The notes beneath the pieces are model-generated. The model saw nothing but the letters and a program-made list of their open reading frames with translations, searched no databases and was not told the DNA's origin. A stretch of 64,000 nt of DNA from Pseudorhodobacter antarcticus (lineage in GTDB: Bacteria; Pseudomonadota; Alphaproteobacteria; Rhodobacterales; Rhodobacteraceae): contig CAMAYO010000003.1 in NCBI GenBank assembly GCA_945862465.1, positions 92-64,091 on the forward strand, written 5' to 3'. Every line of letters starts with the position of its first letter. Within the stretch, counting starts at the first letter, position 1. The position numbers and the translations under genes were made by a program. Of this stretch, positions 1 through 9,797 are shown in pieces.

Positions 1-988
1 TCACCTCACGCGGAATAGTGGTGCCCATGGCCAGCTGCGACCCGCCTTCGTACAAAAACCCAAACAGGATCGAGGCGACCACGATGCCAAAGGGATGGTT
101 GCGCCCCATCAAGGCCACGGCGATGCCGATAAACCCCGCCCCCTCGACAGAGTTCAGCACCAAGCGGTGTGCTGCCCCCTGCACGGCGTTCACCGCCATC
201 AACCCCGAAATCCCGCCCGACAGCAGCAGGGCGTAGATCGTGATCTTGACCGGATCAATTCCGGCATAGAGGGCCGCCTTTTCCTGCTTGCCAAAAGCGC
301 GAAGGGCATAGCCGAGCCGCGTGTGCCAGAGCAGGGTCCAAACCCCGATCGCCAAGGCGATGGCGATCAGAAAGGTGATATTGGCCGGATTTTTGCTGGA
401 AAACGGGATCCCCACCAGCCCCAGAATATCGCCCAGTTTGGGCAGGTTGTAAGCTTTGTCGAAACGGGCTGAGGCTGGGTCCATGCTGCCCATGGGCCGC
501 AGCAGGTTGACGAGCACATAGTTCATCAAGGCATAGGCGATGAAGTTGAACATCATCGTGGTAATTACGATATGGCTGCCGCGCTTGGCTTGCAGCCAAG
601 CAGGCAAAAAGCCCCAAGCCGCGCCAAACGCCGCCCCTGCCGCCAGCGAGCCTATCAGTGCCAGCGACCAATGCGGCCAAGGGATCAGCAAGCACGACAG
701 CGCCACGCCCAAACCGCCCAAGGTCGCCTGCCCTTCGCCGCCGATGTTGAACAGGCTGGCCTGAAAAGCAATCGACACGGCAAGGCCCGTGAAGATGAAG
801 TTCGTCGCGTAATAAAGCGTATAGCCCAAGCCATTGGTTGACCCGAAGGCCCCGTCAATCATGATCCAAATCGCGTGCAGTGGGCTTTGGCCGATGGCCG
901 CAATCAAGATGCCGCAAAAGACAAAGGCGATGATCAGGCAGATCAGCGGCACCAAAACCACATCGGCCCAGCGGGGTAACTTGTCCAT
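1..988 (-). CDS. ABC transporter permease (nucleoside/sugar BMP-type system), runs off the left edge
   Basis: Hand translation from ATG at 988 gives MDKLPRWADVVLVPLICLII...FNIGGEGQA, a hydrophobic permease with the FNIGGEGQ motif. It starts 1 nt after the ATPase stop. Not in the ORF track because it is truncated. Confidence 0.9.
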   Translation of the reverse strand, partial: MDKLPRWADVVLVPLICLIIAFVFCGILIAAIGQSPLHAIWIMIDGAFGSTNGLGYTLYYATNFIFTGLAVSIAFQASLFNIGGEGQATLGGLGVALSCLLIPWPHWSLALIGSLAAGAAFGAAWGFLPAWLQAKRGSHIVITTMMFNFIAYALMNYVLVNLLRPMGSMDPASARFDKAYNLPKLGDILGLVGIPFSSKNPANITFLIAIALAIGVWTLLWHTRLGYALRAFGKQEKAALYAGIDPVKITIYALLLSGGISGLMAVNAVQGAAHRLVLNSVEGAGFIGIAVALMGRNHPFGIVVASILFGFLYEGGSQLAMGTTIPREV

Positions 989-989
989 C

Positions 990-2579
990 TTAGGTCTCTT
1001 TCCCCTGCGCTTCGCTGCCCGTCATCCCTGCCATCAACAAGCCAAGGTCGCGTTCGTTCGTGGTTTCAGGGTCACGCTCGCCCATGATCTTGCCGTCAAA
1101 CATCACCAAGATGCGGTCAGACAGGCTCATGATCTCATCCAGTTCCACCGACACCAGCAGCACGGCCTTGCCCGCATCGCGCAGGGCTACGATTTGTTTG
1201 TGGATAAACTCAATCGCGCCAATATCCACGCCGCGCGTGGGTTGGCCGACCAGCAGCAGGTCGGGGTTGCGTTCGATTTCACGCGCGACGACGATTTTTT
1301 GCTGGTTGCCGCCGGAAAAGGATTTGGCAGGCAAAGTTGGGATCGGCGGGCGTACATCAAAGGTGGCCATTTTGCGCGCCGTGTCGGCTTTCAGCGCGGC
1401 ATTGTCCATGAACAGGGCGTTCATCTGGTATTCGGGCGCGTTGTGATAGCCAAAGCCCACGTTTTCCCAAGCGGCAAAGTCCATAACCAGGCCAAGGTTC
1501 TGGCGATCTTCGGGCACATGGGCAATGCCAGCGGCGCGGCGGGTTTGGCCGTTGGCCTTGCGCCCCTTAAGCGGCAGATCAACGCCGTTCAGCGTGATGC
1601 GGCCTGTGGCTTGAGCAATTCCGCCCAAGGCTTGCAGCAGTTCAGATTGGCCGTTGCCCGCCACACCGGCGATGCCCAAAATCTCGCCCGCGCGGATGGT
1701 TAGGCTCACACCTTTCAAACGCGCAACGCCATCGGTCTGCACTATCAGGTTTTCCACCACCAGCACATCACGGCCGGGGTTGGCAGGGCGCTTTTCAACC
1801 TCTAGCAAGACCTTGCGGCCCACCATCAGTTCCGCCAAAGCATGGGGAGAGGTTTCCGCGGTTTTGACCGTGCCCACCATCGTACCGCGCCGCATGACGG
1901 AAACGTTGTCGGTCGCCTCCATAATCTCGCGCAGTTTATGGGTGATTAGAATGATCGTGCGGCCACGCGCTTTCAGACCCGCAAGGATGCGAAACAGATG
2001 GTCGGCCTCTTCGGGGGTTAGCACGCCCGTAGGTTCATCCAAAATCAAAATCTCGGCCTGACGATATAGGGCTTTCAGGATCTCGACCCGCTGTTGGTGG
2101 CCCACCGACAGGTCTTCGATCACGGCGTCGGGGTGGACATCCAGATCATATTCGCGGCTGAGCGCCTCTAGCTCGGCCCGCGCGCGGGTCAGCGAGGATT
2201 TGAGCAGCGGGCCATCTTCGGCCCCCAGAATGACGTTTTCCAGCACGGTGAAGTTCTGCACCAGTTTGAAATGCTGAAACACCATGCCGATGCCCGCGCG
2301 GATCGCGCTTTGGCTGTCGGGGATGGCGGTGGGTTGGCCGTTGATAAAGATCTCGCCCGCGTCGGCTTTGTAAAAGCCGTACAGGATCGACATCAGCGTC
2401 GACTTGCCCGCACCATTTTCGCCGATGATGCCGTGGATCGTGCCGCGCGGCACGGCGATGTTGATGTCGCGGTTGGCTTGCACCGGACCAAAGGCCTTTG
2501 AGATGCCTTTAAGTTCGATGGCATAAGACAGATCGGGGGCGGCAGTTGCCTGCCGCCCCCCTTGTTTGGCGTCAGCCAT
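990..2579 (-). CDS. ABC transporter ATP-binding protein (double-NBD, nucleoside/sugar type)
   Basis: Walker A GENGAGKST, LSVGHQQRVE, ILDEPT, second domain FSGGNQQK/QPTRGVD. Confidence 0.95.
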   Translation of the reverse strand: MADAKQGGRQATAAPDLSYAIELKGISKAFGPVQANRDINIAVPRGTIHGIIGENGAGKSTLMSILYGFYKADAGEIFINGQPTAIPDSQSAIRAGIGMVFQHFKLVQNFTVLENVILGAEDGPLLKSSLTRARAELEALSREYDLDVHPDAVIEDLSVGHQQRVEILKALYRQAEILILDEPTGVLTPEEADHLFRILAGLKARGRTIILITHKLREIMEATDNVSVMRRGTMVGTVKTAETSPHALAELMVGRKVLLEVEKRPANPGRDVLVVENLIVQTDGVARLKGVSLTIRAGEILGIAGVAGNGQSELLQALGGIAQATGRITLNGVDLPLKGRKANGQTRRAAGIAHVPEDRQNLGLVMDFAAWENVGFGYHNAPEYQMNALFMDNAALKADTARKMATFDVRPPIPTLPAKSFSGGNQQKIVVAREIERNPDLLLVGQPTRGVDIGAIEFIHKQIVALRDAGKAVLLVSVELDEIMSLSDRILVMFDGKIMGERDPETTNERDLGLLMAGMTGSEAQGKET

Positions 2580-3574
2580 TAGAACTGGCCAGCCGGGCAG
2601 GTGTTGTCGGACATATAGTCGTGCACCTTCAGCTCGCCCGATTTGATCTTGGCAGCGGCGTCTTCGACGGCGGCCTTCATCTCAGGGGTGACGAGGGCGG
2701 CGTTGTTGTCATCCATCGCCACGTCAACACCGCCTGCGGCGAGGTCCATCACGTTGATGCCGGGCTTCAGATCAGCACCTTCTTTGAAGGCGTCATAGAC
2801 GGCGTTATCCACACGCTTGACCATCGAGGTCAGAACTTGACCCGGGTGCATGTAGTTTTGGTTGCTGTCCACGCCGATCGACAAGATGTTGGCGTCAGCC
2901 GCAGCTTGCAGCACGCCCACACCCGTGCCGCCAGCAGCGGCATAGATTACGTCAGCTTGTTGCGACATTTGCGACTTGGCAATCTCAGCACCCTTCACAG
3001 GGTTGTTCCATGCCGAGCCGTCAGTGCCCGTCATGTTCAAGATCACGGTGGCATCGGCCTTCACAGCCTTGACACCCTGCGCATAGCCGCAGCCAAAGCG
3101 GCGGATCAGCGGAATGTCCATGCCGCCGATAAAGCCCACAACGCCCGACTTCGACGCCATGCCAGCCATCACGCCAGCGAGGTAAGAGCCTTGGTCTTCG
3201 GTGAAGACCACCGATTTGACGTTGGGCTGATCAACGACCATGTCGATGATGGCGAACTTGGTGTCGGGATAATCCGCCGCCACGGTGTTCAGGGCATCGC
3301 CAAAGGCAAAGCCCGTCATGACGATCGGGTTGGCCCCACCCTCAGCCAGTTGACGCAAAGCCTGCTCGCGCTGGGCTTCGTTTTGCATTTCCAACTCTTT
3401 GAAAGTGCCACCGGTTTCGGTGGCCCAGCGTTGCGCGCCTTGGAAGGCGGCTTCGTTGAAGGATTTGTCGTTTTTGCCGCCAACGTCATAGATGATGGCA
3501 GGGTCGGCCAAAGCGGCCACGGCGCTCAGCGCCAGAACGGCCGAAGCCCCCAGCAGGCGTTTCATCAGGGTCAT
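2579..3574 (-). CDS. BMP-family ABC substrate-binding protein
   Basis: Signal peptide, DKSFNEAAF, IGVDSNQ and SMVKRVD motifs. Start moved to ATG 3574, which has GGGAG upstream. Confidence 0.93.
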   Translation of the reverse strand: MTLMKRLLGASAVLALSAVAALADPAIIYDVGGKNDKSFNEAAFQGAQRWATETGGTFKELEMQNEAQREQALRQLAEGGANPIVMTGFAFGDALNTVAADYPDTKFAIIDMVVDQPNVKSVVFTEDQGSYLAGVMAGMASKSGVVGFIGGMDIPLIRRFGCGYAQGVKAVKADATVILNMTGTDGSAWNNPVKGAEIAKSQMSQQADVIYAAAGGTGVGVLQAAADANILSIGVDSNQNYMHPGQVLTSMVKRVDNAVYDAFKEGADLKPGINVMDLAAGGVDVAMDDNNAALVTPEMKAAVEDAAAKIKSGELKVHDYMSDNTCPAGQF

Positions 3575-3658
3575 GTCTGTCTCCCGGTTGTAAAATATTG
3601 CGCCTTTGGAACTGGCAGACTCAATAAGGCCAGACCACGGCAGTCGTGGGTGATTTAG

Positions 3659-3683
3659 GGCTGATGCGGCGGGGGCGGTCAAC
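3659..3683 (-). promoter_or_regulatory. Putative sigma70 promoter of the BMP operon (TTGACC ... CCTAAAT)
   Basis: Minus strand reads TTGACC-N17-CCTAAAT about 80 nt upstream of the BMP start. Visual match only. Confidence 0.35.
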
Positions 3684-3792
3684 AGGAATCTGACAGGGCT
3701 GCGTCAGGTATTTGATCGGATGATCAAGAGATGCGCGCGCGGCGGTGCTGGTAGGGGGCACCCGCCCTATCTGAGCCTCGGTGCAGGGGGGC

Positions 3793-4200
3793 TTAAATTG
3801 GTCGGCTCATCAAGATGGCATCGACGCTTTGGCCTGCACTGCGGTAGTAGCCTTTGCGCCGGCCGGTGGGGGCAAAACCTGCACTGGTGTAAAGCGCGCG
3901 GGCGGCGAGGTTGGTTTCTGCGACCTCCAGAAAGGCGCTGGTGGCTTGGCGGTCGTGGGATTGGCGCAAGAACTCTGCCACAAGGGCGCGGCCCACCCCG
4001 GTGCGGCGGGCGGTGGGGGAAACGGCGATGGTCAGCAGGGTCGCTTCGCCCGCCACGACTTGGCCCAAAAGAAAGGCCTGCGGTCTTGTCAGGGCAAAGG
4101 TAAAGGGGCTGGCAAGTGTCGCTTCGAGTTCGGCCTGCGACCATGGTGGGGGCAGGGTGAAGCTTTCGGCGTGCAAAAGGGCCATCTGCGCGGGCGTCAC
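3793..4200 (-). CDS. rimI: Ribosomal-protein alanine N-acetyltransferase (GNAT)
   Basis: LLTIAV..ARRTGVG, FLEVAETN..ARALY...GF...GRRKGYY. GTG start overlaps the tsaB stop (GTGA). Confidence 0.88.
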   Translation of the reverse strand: MTPAQMALLHAESFTLPPPWSQAELEATLASPFTFALTRPQAFLLGQVVAGEATLLTIAVSPTARRTGVGRALVAEFLRQSHDRQATSAFLEVAETNLAARALYTSAGFAPTGRRKGYYRSAGQSVDAILMSRPI

Positions 4201-4841
4201 GGCAAGATCACCGGCGGCGGGTCTGATGGCGGGGCGGCATCGGCGCTGCGTAAGTAGAAGGGCGCGGGGCGGGGGGCATCTGCGGGGTTTTGAACTTGGG
4301 CAAGGCGGGCGATGGCTTCCCATAAGGGATAGCGCGGCGCGGCGGCTTGGCCCGCGCAATGGGCGGCGACGGCTTCGGCGGCAAAGCCTACGCAGGTGGC
4401 GGGTGGCAGGGGGGGCAACGTGGAAAGGTTCAGGATTTGCGCCACAACCCCCTTCAGGCCAAAGCCTTGCAGGTAAAGCGCGCCTTTGCGGGCGTCGAGG
4501 GTGGAGAGGACTGCGCCATCCATGCCAAGCGCTTGGGCGTGCAGCGCCGAAACCCCCACGGCTGGAATGCCCAAGCCCAAGGCCAGCCCGCGCGCTGCCG
4601 CCACAGAAATGCGCACACCCGTGAAATTGCCCGGCCCCGTGCCCACGCCGATGCGCGCCAAATCACCAAAGCCTATGCCTGCCTCGGCCAGCATTTCTTC
4701 CAGCATGGGCATCAGGCGTTCGGCTTGGCCTTTTTCCATCGGCTCGTGCCGCTGTGCCACCAACCGGTCGCCCGATAACAAAGCGGCGGCGCAATGCGCC
4801 GCCGATGTGTCAAAGGCCAGAACCAAGCCCTTAGGCGGCAA
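4197..4841 (-). CDS. tsaB: tRNA t6A biosynthesis protein TsaB
   Basis: LAFDTS, HAE-like QAERLMPM, GVGTGPGNFTGVRI motif. Confidence 0.93.
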   Translation of the reverse strand: MPPKGLVLAFDTSAAHCAAALLSGDRLVAQRHEPMEKGQAERLMPMLEEMLAEAGIGFGDLARIGVGTGPGNFTGVRISVAAARGLALGLGIPAVGVSALHAQALGMDGAVLSTLDARKGALYLQGFGLKGVVAQILNLSTLPPLPPATCVGFAAEAVAAHCAGQAAAPRYPLWEAIARLAQVQNPADAPRPAPFYLRSADAAPPSDPPPVILP

Positions 4842-5388
4842 CAGGGCGCACCTCGGTCACTTCGGGGATATAGTGGCGCAGCAAGTTTTCGATGCCCATC
4901 TTCAGCGTCAGCGTGGATGAAGGGCAACCAGCGCAAGCGCCCTTCATATGCAGATAAACCACCCCACGGTCAAAGCCGTGGAAGGTGATGTCGCCACCAT
5001 CTTGCGCCACGGCAGGACGGATGCGTGTATCTAGCAGTTCTTTGATCTGGGTGATGATAGCCCCATCGGGGCCGTCATGCGACGCATGGGCTGCCGCCTG
5101 TTCACCTTCCAGCACGGGTTGGCCCGACTGGTAATGCTCCATCACAGCGCCCAAAATTGCGGGCTTGATGTGCTGCCAATCCACGCCTTCGGCCTTGGTC
5201 ACAGTGACAAAGTCCATCCCAAAGAACACGCCCGTCACACCTTCCACCGCAAAGATGCGCTTGGCGAGGGGGGATTTGGTGGCCGCTTCGGCATTGGGGA
5301 AATCGGCTGTGCCCATATCCAGCACGGCGAGGCCGGGCAGAAATTTCAGCGTCGCGGGATTGGGCGTGGATTCGGTCTGGATGAACAT
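4831..5388 (-). CDS. NifU/NfuA-family Fe-S scaffold protein
   Basis: MFIQTESTPNPATLKF N-terminus, RPAVAQDGGDI, GACAGCPSS CxxC. Confidence 0.95.
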   Translation of the reverse strand: MFIQTESTPNPATLKFLPGLAVLDMGTADFPNAEAATKSPLAKRIFAVEGVTGVFFGMDFVTVTKAEGVDWQHIKPAILGAVMEHYQSGQPVLEGEQAAAHASHDGPDGAIITQIKELLDTRIRPAVAQDGGDITFHGFDRGVVYLHMKGACAGCPSSTLTLKMGIENLLRHYIPEVTEVRPVAA

Positions 5389-5415
5389 GGGGCAACTCCT
5401 GACTATTCCTGTCGG

Positions 5416-5444
5416 ATATGCGCTTTGGGCGGCGCGAAGTCAAG
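5416..5444 (-). promoter_or_regulatory. Candidate RpoH (sigma32)-type promoter of nifU
   Basis: CTTGAC-N16-CGCATAT on the minus strand resembles the alphaproteobacterial RpoH consensus (CTTGAA-N15/16-CCTATAT, recalled). Confidence 0.45.
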
Positions 5445-5464
5445 GTTAGCCGCAGGAGGTTGGG

Positions 5465-5920
5465 CTAGGTGATGCTTTCCAACCGCTCTTTGCTCATAGC
5501 GCCGGGCACGATGGTGATGGGCACGGGTAAGGTGCCAGCAGAACGGGTCAGAGCGGTCACCAAGGGGCCGGGGCCGGATTTTTCATGGTTGGCGCCCAGA
5601 ACCAGCACGCCCACTTGCGGGTCTTCGCGCACTTGGGCCAAGATTTCCACCTCGGGGTCGCCTTCGCGGATTACGAGTTCGGGGTTTACCCCGTGGCGGT
5701 CGCGCATCCATTTGGCAAACACTTCAAAATGTGCCTCGATCCGCTCGCGGGCTTCGGCGCGCATCAGATCAGCCACGCCCATCCAATGCTGGTATTCTTC
5801 CGGCGGGATGATCGACAGAATCTGCACCCCGCCTTGGGTCTTGGCGGCCCGCAAGGCGGCAAAGCGCATGGCGTTCAGGCATTCGCGGGTATCATCCAGC
5901 ACGACGAGAAACTTGCGCAT
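5465..5920 (-). CDS. Universal stress protein
   Basis: MRKFLVVLDD, VLVLGA..GPGPLV, PVPITIVP; USP pattern and size. Confidence 0.9.
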   Translation of the reverse strand: MRKFLVVLDDTRECLNAMRFAALRAAKTQGGVQILSIIPPEEYQHWMGVADLMRAEARERIEAHFEVFAKWMRDRHGVNPELVIREGDPEVEILAQVREDPQVGVLVLGANHEKSGPGPLVTALTRSAGTLPVPITIVPGAMSKERLESIT

Positions 5921-6104
5921 GGGGATCTCCTTCGCGGCCCTTATCGCCCATGGCGGGGGCGGATGACAAGCCTTTGTGGTAGGCTAGGCCCCATCGCTTG
6001 CGGCCTTATCTCAATGGGCCCTGCCTTTGGTCACGGACTTTAGGGCCGGGTCGGACACGGCAACGCTCGCAGAGATTTTGGCAGCCGGAAGCCAGTTTGC
6101 GGAC

Positions 6105-6139
6105 AAAAAAACGCCCCTGGCCTGAACAGGTCCAGGGGC
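6105..6139 (-). terminator. Rho-independent terminator
   Basis: GCCCCTGG-CCTG/AA/CAGG-T-CCAGGGGC stem (12 bp, one bulge) followed by T7 on the minus strand. Confidence 0.8.
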
Positions 6140-6232
6140 TTTAGCCCGGTCAGTCATGGGCCCAGCTGCGGGGACAGGCGCGGGCATCCGGGAAAGAGGC
6201 AGGTGACTTCCCCTGTAGCATCAGGGGAATAT
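6105..6232 (-). ncRNA. Candidate small RNA (unassigned family)
   Basis: 5' hairpin TTCCCCTG/CAGGGGAA (6208-6229), C/U-rich CCTCTTTCCC stretch, terminator at the 3' end, TAGAAT just upstream. No credible ORF. Confidence 0.35.
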
Positions 6233-6415
6233 GAATCGATTCTATGACAGGGCGTCGGGGCGGGCCTCTTGAGCGTAACAGGCTGAAAAAGCGTGATCTT
6301 TATGAAAATGAAAAACGTGCTTTGGGTCTGGCCCAAGGCGCGTTTGATAAAACTGGGTGTTTGGCAGCCCCAAGCCCCCAAAGCGATTCTGTGCCTTGGG
6401 GTTTCGTAAGGCTGA

Positions 6416-7471
6416 TTACACTGGACGCGAGCGGATCATACCGATGATGTCATAAACCTGTTCCAGCACCGGCCGCGCCAAGGCATCGGCGCGCACGGCA
6501 CCTGCGCCCAAGATGCGGTCGATCTCGGCGGGGTCTTTCATCAGGCGGTTCATCTCGGTGGTGATGGGTTCCAGCTTGGCAACGGCCAGATCGGCCAAAG
6601 CTGGCTTGAACGTGCCAAACTGTGCGCCGGCATAGTCTGCGATCACTTGGGCGGGGGTATGGCCTGCCAAAGCGGCATAGATGTTGACAAGGTTTTTGGC
6701 TTCGGGTCGGTCTTTCAACCCATCGATATGGTCGGGCAGCGGGTCCATATCTGTTTTGGCCTTGCGGATCTTTTTAGAGATCGTGTCGGCGTCATCCGTC
6801 AGGTTGATCCGGCTTTGATCGGATGGATCAGACTTTGACATCTTTGCGGTGCCATCGCGCAGCGACATCACACGGGTCGCAGCCCCTTCAATCACGGGTT
6901 CGACCACGGGGAAGAAATCAACCTTGTAGTCGTTGTTGAACTTGATCGCGATATCGCGGCACAGTTCCAGATGCTGCTTTTGATCCTCCCCCACCGGAAC
7001 ATGGGTGGCCTTATAGGCCAAGATGTCTGCGGCCATCAGCGAGGGATAAGCAAACAGCCCCAACGATACGTTTTCGGAATTCTTGCCCGCCTTGTCCTTG
7101 AACTGCGTCATCCGGCTCATCCAACCCATCCGCGCGATGCAGTTGAAGATCCAGCCCAGTTCGGCATGGGCGGTGACTTGGGACTGGTTGAACAAGATCG
7201 AGCGTGTCGGATCAATTCCCGCCGCGATAAAGCCCGCTGCCGCCTCGCGCGTTTGGTGACGCAGTTTGACGGGGTCTTGGAACACGGTGATGGCGTGCAT
7301 ATCGACCAAGCAATAGACCGTCTCGATCCCCTCATCCTGCTTTTCCACAAAGCGCTTCAGCGCCCCAAGGTAGTTGCCCAAGGTCAACCCGCCCGAAGGC
7401 TGGATGCCCGAGAAAATGCGGGTCGCGAATGCGGCGGTTTTGGTCAGAGGCGTTTGGACCGGCTCGGACAT
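6416..7471 (-). CDS. trpS: Tryptophan--tRNA ligase
   Basis: [14 protein letters not shown] (HIGH-like), [15 protein letters not shown]. Start at ATG 7471 with GGAG SD. Confidence 0.97.
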   Translation of the reverse strand: MSEPVQTPLTKTAAFATRIFSGIQPSGGLTLGNYLGALKRFVEKQDEGIETVYCLVDMHAITVFQDPVKLRHQTREAAAGFIAAGIDPTRSILFNQSQVTAHAELGWIFNCIARMGWMSRMTQFKDKAGKNSENVSLGLFAYPSLMAADILAYKATHVPVGEDQKQHLELCRDIAIKFNNDYKVDFFPVVEPVIEGAATRVMSLRDGTAKMSKSDPSDQSRINLTDDADTISKKIRKAKTDMDPLPDHIDGLKDRPEAKNLVNIYAALAGHTPAQVIADYAGAQFGTFKPALADLAVAKLEPITTEMNRLMKDPAEIDRILGAGAVRADALARPVLEQVYDIIGMIRSRPV

Positions 7472-7553
7472 GATAGCTCCATCTGGCGAAAGGTGACGAC
7501 TGCCCTTATCTGTCCCCACAGCGGGCGTCAATTGCGGCCCGAAAAGAGGCACC

Positions 7554-8261
7554 ATGTCTGACCAAACCGAAGCCCCGATCAACCGCCTGCCCACCATCAC
7601 TTGGGCGCTTGCCCTGCCCATGATCGCGATGGAGGTCGTGGTGAATGCCGCCGCCAACGGATTGATTGGCGGGCCTGCGGGCATTGGTTGGCGCGCGCAG
7701 GCGATACAAGAGTTCGCCTTTTCGCCCGATTACCTGCGCCAAATGCTGATCTTGTGGCAGTTTCCGCTGGATGGGCTGTATCGGCCCTTCACCTATGCCA
7801 TCGTGCATACCGATGTGACGCAGGCGATCTTTGTGATCGTGATCTTGCTGGCCTTGGGCAAGTTTGTGGGCGAGGTGTTTCATTGGTGGGCCGTTTTGGC
7901 GGTGTTTTTGGCCGCATCCTTGGTGGGGGCTATGGCCTATACGGCTGTGCCTTATACCCACGGCGGGCTGATCGGGGGCTATCCGCCCGTTTACGGGCTG
8001 ATCGGGGCCTTTACCTATGTCAACTGGATGCAGGCGGCGGGTGCAGGGGCGGCACGGTTTCGGGCCTTCAAGTTGATCGGTTTTCTGATGGGCTTTCGCA
8101 TCCTTTTTGGCATGTTTTCGCTGGTCGCTTACGGCTATGACCAAAGTGTCGGCTGGGATTGGACGGCAGAATTGGCGGGCTTTGCCGCAGGTTTTTTGCT
8201 GTCTTTCGCCGTCAGCCCCGGTGGATGGAGCAGGGTTTTGGCCGCCATCCGCAGCCGTTAA
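7554..8261 (+). CDS. Rhomboid-family intramembrane protease-like protein
   Basis: Multi-TM with [22 protein letters not shown] and terminal GFAAG. The usual catalytic GxSG and His are not evident, so it may be inactive. Confidence 0.75.
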   Translation: MSDQTEAPINRLPTITWALALPMIAMEVVVNAAANGLIGGPAGIGWRAQAIQEFAFSPDYLRQMLILWQFPLDGLYRPFTYAIVHTDVTQAIFVIVILLALGKFVGEVFHWWAVLAVFLAASLVGAMAYTAVPYTHGGLIGGYPPVYGLIGAFTYVNWMQAAGAGAARFRAFKLIGFLMGFRILFGMFSLVAYGYDQSVGWDWTAELAGFAAGFLLSFAVSPGGWSRVLAAIRSR

Positions 8262-9796
8262 GCCCGTCTGCGCAGGGCGGCGAAGTCTTTCAGCTTAAAC
8301 GCCCCCAGCGCTGTCCCCGCGCCAAAATAGGCCACGATGCCCAAAGCGCAAAGCGCCGTCAGCGCCAGATAGCGCCATAGGGGCAGGTGCAGCGCGGGTG
8401 TAAGCGCCCAAGCTGCCGCCCAAAGAACCCCGCCCATTATAACGCAAGCCGCCACGATGCGCGGCAGGCGCTGCATGAAACGCGCGTCAAACCGCGCCTC
8501 TGGCCCCATGCGGCGCGATCCACGCCACAATTGTGCCACCATCACCCAGCCCGACAGGGTCGTGGCCCAAGCGGCGGCGGAAAAGCCCAGATAGGGCAGC
8601 AGCCCCACCGCCATGACGGCGTTGATGATCATCGACACAATTGCAAAGCGAAACGGGCTTCGGCTGTCTTCGCGCGCATAAAACAAGGGTTGCAAGACCT
8701 TGTGCAGCACAAAGGCGGGCAGGCCCACGCCGTAAATCGCGAGCACAAGCGCCGTGGCTTGGGTGTCTTGGTCGGTGAACGCGCCGCGCTGATACAGAAC
8801 CGAACACAAAGGCTCTGCCAAAACCGCCAGCGCCACAGCGGCGGGCAGCGTCATCGCCAGAGCGAATTCGGCCCCCCGATTGAACGAGGCGCGCCCGCCT
8901 TCGGCATCGCCCGCCCGCAAGCGGCGCGATAGGTCGGGCAAAAGCACCGTGCCAATGGCAATGCCCACCACGCCCAAGGGCAATTGATAAAGCCTGTCCG
9001 CATAAGACAGCCAAGCCACAGCCCCTTCGGTAAAGCTGGCGACTTGCCGCCCCACCAGCAGGTTGATCTGCACCACCCCGCCCGCCAAAACTGCAGGCCC
9101 CGCAATCAGCGCCAACCGCGCCAAATCCGCCGTCCAGCGCGGAAGGCCAAAGGTGAAAGCATACCCAATTTTGCGCGCCGCGACCCAAGTAAAAGCCAGT
9201 TGCGCCACGCCTGTGATCGGCACAGTCCAAGACAGGGTCAGGCCCATATCCCACCCCGCCCAAACCGCCAACCACATCGCAGCGATAAAGACCAAGTTCA
9301 TCAAGACGGGCACAAAGGAGGCTTCGGAAAAACGACCATGTGTGGTCAAAATGCCCGACAGCAATGCGACCAGCGAGATGAAGAGGATGTAGGAAAACGC
9401 GATTTGCCCAAAGGTCACGGCCAGATCAAACCGCTCGCCGCTGAAGCCAGACGCCATGGCCCAAACCAGCCACGGCATGGCCAAAGTGCCAATGACGGTA
9501 AAGGCCAAGAGCAGCGTCACCATCCCGTTCCACGCATCGCGGGCAAAGCCTGCAGCATCCTCGCCACCTTCTAGCTTTTTGGCGAACATGGGCACAAAGG
9601 CCATGTTAAAGGCGCCTTCGGCAAAGAAGCGGCGAAACATGTTGGGCAGGGAAAAGGCGATCAAGAATGCTTCGGCCACGGGGCCGGTGCCAAGATAGGC
9701 CGCCATCATCACATCGCGGGCAAAGCCCGTGCTGCGTGATATCAGCGTCCACCCCCCGACGGTCAAAATGTTGCGGACAAGCGAGTGCGGTTTCAT
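8258..9796 (-). CDS. murJ: Lipid II flippase MurJ (MviN)
   Basis: SRSTGFARD, PNMFRRFFAEGAF, YADRLYQLPLGVVG. Confidence 0.96.
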   Translation of the reverse strand: MKPHSLVRNILTVGGWTLISRSTGFARDVMMAAYLGTGPVAEAFLIAFSLPNMFRRFFAEGAFNMAFVPMFAKKLEGGEDAAGFARDAWNGMVTLLLAFTVIGTLAMPWLVWAMASGFSGERFDLAVTFGQIAFSYILFISLVALLSGILTTHGRFSEASFVPVLMNLVFIAAMWLAVWAGWDMGLTLSWTVPITGVAQLAFTWVAARKIGYAFTFGLPRWTADLARLALIAGPAVLAGGVVQINLLVGRQVASFTEGAVAWLSYADRLYQLPLGVVGIAIGTVLLPDLSRRLRAGDAEGGRASFNRGAEFALAMTLPAAVALAVLAEPLCSVLYQRGAFTDQDTQATALVLAIYGVGLPAFVLHKVLQPLFYAREDSRSPFRFAIVSMIINAVMAVGLLPYLGFSAAAWATTLSGWVMVAQLWRGSRRMGPEARFDARFMQRLPRIVAACVIMGGVLWAAAWALTPALHLPLWRYLALTALCALGIVAYFGAGTALGAFKLKDFAALRRRA

Positions 9797-9797
9797 A

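Noticed and set aside
2546-3658. Long antisense ORFs (also 12557-13621, 15177-16073, 20467-21510, 38759-39847, 48163-49164 and others)
   Set aside because: Shadow frames of well-supported genes, expected in high-GC DNA, with no motifs.
3712-3727. FNR/FnrL box
   Set aside because: The spacing is TTGAT-N6-ATCAA, not N4. Kept only as an unassigned dyad.
6236-6253. Pho box at the sRNA candidate
   Set aside because: One perfect CTGTCAT half-site but no partner at 11-bp spacing.
6154-6381. 75-aa ORF in the trpS-usp gap
   Set aside because: No SD, no family features, and it runs through RNA hairpins. An sRNA explains the region better.
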